From an uncultured Bacteroidaceae bacterium (GTDB lineage: Bacteria > Bacillota > Clostridia > Christensenellales > CAG-917): 64,000 nt of DNA. The position numbers and the translations under genes are program-made. The notes below the pieces were generated by a model that worked only from the letters and a program-made list of their open reading frames with translations, made no database searches and was not told the DNA's origin. Below, piece after piece: positions 61,015 to 64,000 of the stretch (the first letter of the stretch is position 1; every line of letters starts with the position of its first letter). Location: assembly GCA_964550635.1 (NCBI GenBank), contig CAZJZV010000001.1, positions 103,913 through 167,912 on the forward strand. The letters are read 5' to 3'.

Positions 61015-62169
61015 ATGGTATATCTCGACAATGCGGCGACTTCAAATTTCAAACCAAAAAGCGTGTTCGATGCGATAAACTACGATTTGTCGCACTCTGC
61101 AAATAGCGGTCGAAGTGCACACCGCTATGCAAACGATTGCGCTCTGAAAATCGAAAAGACAAGAAACTATCTGCTTGAAAAACTCGGCGCGGACGAAGAT
61201 TACGGCATAGTTTTCACGAAAAACTGCACCGAAGCGTTAAATCTTGCGATTTTCGGCTATCTCGAAAGCGGTATGAAAGTCGTGACGACCGCAAACGAAC
61301 ACAATAGCGCATTGCGCCCGCTTTTTGAACTAAAAAAATGCGGTGTAATCACATTGACCGTAGTAGAGCAAGATGAAAACGGCAGAATACCTACGGATAA
61401 AATCGTCGAAACTGCGGAAAATGCCGACTTGCTTGTGGTCGGACATTCATCAAACGTAACAGGCGCAATAGTGAATTTGGACGAAATCGGGGAAAAACTC
61501 AAAGATTGCAAGGTCAAAATCCTTGTAGACGGCGCACAAAGCGTGCCGATTCTCAATCCGAACGTTTCAAAAAACCATATTGATATGCTCGCTTGCCCCG
61601 GGCATAAGGGATTGCACGGCATTCAAGGCACGGGATTTTTGATGATGAAAAGAGATCTAAATCTCAAACCGCTCAACTACGGCGGTACGGGTACTTTCTC
61701 CGAAAACGTCTATCAAGCACGGATTATCCCCGAAGATTACGAAGCGGGAACGTTGTTTGCAGGCGGAATTTCCGCCTTGCACGCAGGCGCAAAGTGGAGT
61801 TTTGACAATCTCAACAACACCAAAAACACGATTTTTAGACTTGCAAGCGACTGTATTCGCTATTTGAAATCAATGGGCGCAACGGTCTATACCGTTGACA
61901 GTCAAGTCGGAATCGTATCTTTCAATTTTGGTGATATTGAATCGCAAGAAATCGCAAACTTCCTTGCGGATAAAGATATAGCAGTCAGAAGCGGACTGCA
62001 CTGCGCGCCCCTTGTGCATAAGTTTTTAGGCACGGAGCACGGTGCGGTGCGAGTGAGTTTCGGTGCGGACAACGGAAACAAAGACTTGTTTGCATTGCTG
62101 TCCGCGCTTGACGAATTTTTGACAGTAAAACGACATTCTAACGGCGTATTTTTCAAGAAACAACATTGA
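61015..62169 (+). CDS. Class V aminotransferase-fold PLP enzyme (cysteine desulfurase family)
   Basis: Starts MVYLDNAATS, with HSSNVTGA and the PLP-lysine region CPGHKGLHGIQGTG. SD GAGGTG. Confidence 0.85.
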   Translation: MVYLDNAATSNFKPKSVFDAINYDLSHSANSGRSAHRYANDCALKIEKTRNYLLEKLGADEDYGIVFTKNCTEALNLAIFGYLESGMKVVTTANEHNSALRPLFELKKCGVITLTVVEQDENGRIPTDKIVETAENADLLVVGHSSNVTGAIVNLDEIGEKLKDCKVKILVDGAQSVPILNPNVSKNHIDMLACPGHKGLHGIQGTGFLMMKRDLNLKPLNYGGTGTFSENVYQARIIPEDYEAGTLFAGGISALHAGAKWSFDNLNNTKNTIFRLASDCIRYLKSMGATVYTVDSQVGIVSFNFGDIESQEIANFLADKDIAVRSGLHCAPLVHKFLGTEHGAVRVSFGADNGNKDLFALLSALDEFLTVKRHSNGVFFKKQH

Positions 62170-62332
62170 AAAACACACTGAAAAAAGCCGATAAAATAAC
62201 TTTGCACGCAAAATTTTCGGACATGATTTGGGAAACGTTTGCGCTTTGTAAAAAAAGATTAAAGTCAAAACGTAGCGAGCCGTTTAATCACAAAGTTTTG
62301 CACACGTAGCAATTGATTTCGCTTGTAGTCGC

Positions 62333-63421
62333 TCAATCCAACGTCAAAACAGGATTTCCGTCTACGTTTTTGCACGCTCCGAGAAGCGCTCTTTTCGCCA
62401 TTTGCGGTGTTAGATTGCGATACTTTTGATGAAGTAGACAACATGCACCCGCAACAAGCGGTGCGGACACCGAAGTCCCGGTCATATAACTATACGTGCC
62501 ACAGTTTTGAAGACCTTTGATTCTTACCCCGTTTGCATACAAATCGGGACGATAAATGCCGTTATAGTTTCCGCGTGATGAAAAATCCGCCACTTGCAAA
62601 TTTTCATCAACTGCGCCGACGGATATGACTTCGCCACTGATTGCAGGCGATTTCACGTTATTTTCACCGCTATTACCAACTGCACAAACGACTGTCAGTC
62701 CACTGCGCACAAGCATTTCCGCGCCGATTTTTAGCGGATCGGAGTATTCTGTAGGCTCTGCGCCAAAACTCATACAAACGACCTTGATATTGTATCGCCT
62801 GAAATTATCGTATAGCCATTGCATACCGTCGAGAATTTTGAAAGTACCGCTCTCACCCGATGCGGTTATAACTTTCACCGCCACTATTTCCGCCATAGGC
62901 GCGACTCCTGCGACTTCACCGCCCGACATAAGTCCGTTTCCGACTGCGACGCCAGAAACAAAAGTGCCGTGACCGTTGTCGTCATAGGGATATTCTCTGC
63001 CTTCGATCAAATCGACGAAACCGAAAATTCTATCCTTCGGCACGCACAAATCGCTATGCACCGACACGCCCGTATCCATCACGCAAAGGCGCACTCCGCG
63101 TCCGTCAAGACAGTCTTTGCTCGACAAGCAAATGTTATCTTTTATACTATCTAACTGCTTTAATTCGTCATAATCGACTTCGCCGAGCGCACTGACTCTG
63201 CTTTGAGCGGACACAAATTCAACGTCGTGAAGTGCAGACAAATTCTTGACATCCGCCATATCGCATTCAATTCCGACCGAGCGGATGAAAGGATAATCCC
63301 TGACAACCTTGAAATTGCGTTTCACGTAGCCGTACTGAAACGGAGTGCGCACGCGCACGATTGCCGTCGTTTTTTCTTGAACGGACAATATTCCAACCAA
63401 AGAGCCGTCGATTTTGTTCAT
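62333..63421 (-). CDS. S8-family (subtilisin-like) serine peptidase, no signal peptide seen
   Basis: The catalytic triad contexts are VMDTGV (Asp), GHGTFVSG (His) and GTSVSAPLVAG (Ser). Confidence 0.85.
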   Translation of the reverse strand: MNKIDGSLVGILSVQEKTTAIVRVRTPFQYGYVKRNFKVVRDYPFIRSVGIECDMADVKNLSALHDVEFVSAQSRVSALGEVDYDELKQLDSIKDNICLSSKDCLDGRGVRLCVMDTGVSVHSDLCVPKDRIFGFVDLIEGREYPYDDNGHGTFVSGVAVGNGLMSGGEVAGVAPMAEIVAVKVITASGESGTFKILDGMQWLYDNFRRYNIKVVCMSFGAEPTEYSDPLKIGAEMLVRSGLTVVCAVGNSGENNVKSPAISGEVISVGAVDENLQVADFSSRGNYNGIYRPDLYANGVRIKGLQNCGTYSYMTGTSVSAPLVAGACCLLHQKYRNLTPQMAKRALLGACKNVDGNPVLTLD

Positions 63422-63813
63422 TTTTCGAGCATATTGAGAAGTGCGCGAAGGCGCGTGAGTTGTTCGGTGTTCATAAACATAGTTGCAACCGAATAGAACT
63501 TTTCAAGTTCTTGCACGTTGAGAGTGCCGTTTGCGCGAGAAGCTGCGGTTTTTGCCATAAGTTCCGACATCAACTCGTCGTTTGACATTCCTGAAAACCG
63601 TCGCATTTCGTCTTCGATATTCAAATTCGCACCGTTTTTTCCCGCATTTTCTCCCCTTTCACCGCCATAAACTCCGCTACTTTTTGCATATGCGCTTGTA
63701 GACGTGTAGCCAAAATCATCATTATTATAGGCATTGCCTTTCTTTTCGGTATTGTTTTTGTCGTCATAGCCGTTTCTTTCCCAAAAATTCATAAACTCCT
63801 CCGTCACAATCAT
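63418..63813 (-). CDS. Hypothetical protein (131 aa)
   Basis: ATGA overlap with the S8 peptidase gene. The middle is N/G/Y-rich and the C-terminus is helical. I recognise no family. Confidence 0.5.
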   Translation of the reverse strand: MIVTEEFMNFWERNGYDDKNNTEKKGNAYNNDDFGYTSTSAYAKSSGVYGGERGENAGKNGANLNIEDEMRRFSGMSNDELMSELMAKTAASRANGTLNVQELEKFYSVATMFMNTEQLTRLRALLNMLEK

Positions 63814-63849
63814 TGTATGCCGTCATATATTGAAGGTGCAGGTGAAATT

Positions 63850-64000
63850 ATGAATTTTGATATTAACGCGATTATGAATATAATGACGATGATGAATGCC
63901 TTCAAGTCAAGCGCAAACAAACCAAGCGGAAAAAGCGGTTTCGATATGAGCGGACTAAACGCACTTCTTCCCCTAATTTCAGGAGTGAAAGGAAACGGCG
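63850..64000 (+). CDS. Hypothetical protein, 5' partial (runs off window end)
   Basis: ATG at 63850 after an AGGTG SD. Translation is MNFDINAIMNIMTMMNAFKSSANKPSGKSGFDMSGLNALLPLISGVKGNG. It is open to the window edge. Confidence 0.35.
   Translation, partial: MNFDINAIMNIMTMMNAFKSSANKPSGKSGFDMSGLNALLPLISGVKGNG

Overview
This 64-kb window looks like core chromosome of an endospore-forming Firmicute, probably Clostridia-like. That inference rests on sigE, sigG, sigK, spoIIGA, spoIVB, ytfJ, ylmC and a pdaB-like gene. Most genes are on the minus strand and tightly packed, often with 4-nt ATGA overlaps.

Content from left to right:
- surE (partial), rluB, dacB, ytfJ, ytfI-like, scpB, scpA, lysA, a dacF-like gene.
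- A receiver-less Spo0A C-domain gene, a membrane protein gene and spoIVB.
- An FAD protein gene, sigK, nrdR and ylmC.
- A long division/sporulation cluster: mraZ, rsmH, an atypical FtsL-position gene, a class B PBP, murE, mraY, murD, ftsW/spoVE, murA, ftsA, ftsZ, spoIIGA, sigE, sigG.
- A Cys/Thr-rich orphan, a phosphoesterase, engB, clpX, clpP, tig and rqcH.
- rluD, lspA, ylmE, a GH36 alpha-galactosidase, an SSB-like protein, a pdaB-like gene and icd.
- An FMN-riboswitch-headed string: ribU::tsaE fusion, tsaB, rimI, hydrolase, a membrane-anchored murF-like gene, ddl.
- A second phosphoesterase, rsfS, a nadD-yqeK fusion, an rlmI-like gene, obg, nfnAB, nth, DUF3343 with a cysteine desulfurase, and an S8 peptidase.

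I saw no tRNA, rRNA, CRISPR array, transposase or integrase, and nothing that looks like a defence island.

The items most worth a second look:
1. The FMN riboswitch driving a RibU-TsaE fusion at the head of a t6A / D-Ala-D-Ala gene string.
2. A Mur ligase whose N-terminal domain is replaced by a polytopic membrane domain.
3. A hairpin array with a constant TATATCA linker, a candidate plus-strand ncRNA, between icd and ddl.
4. A REC-less Spo0A near spoIVB, where spo0A normally sits.
5. Repeated consensus promoters abutting start codons, suggesting leaderless mRNAs.
6. Long G-depleted, A/C-rich sense-strand tails after several genes.
7. A 29-nt repeat upstream of both spoIVB and spoIIGA.

All functional calls come from reading motifs by eye. 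No database search was run.
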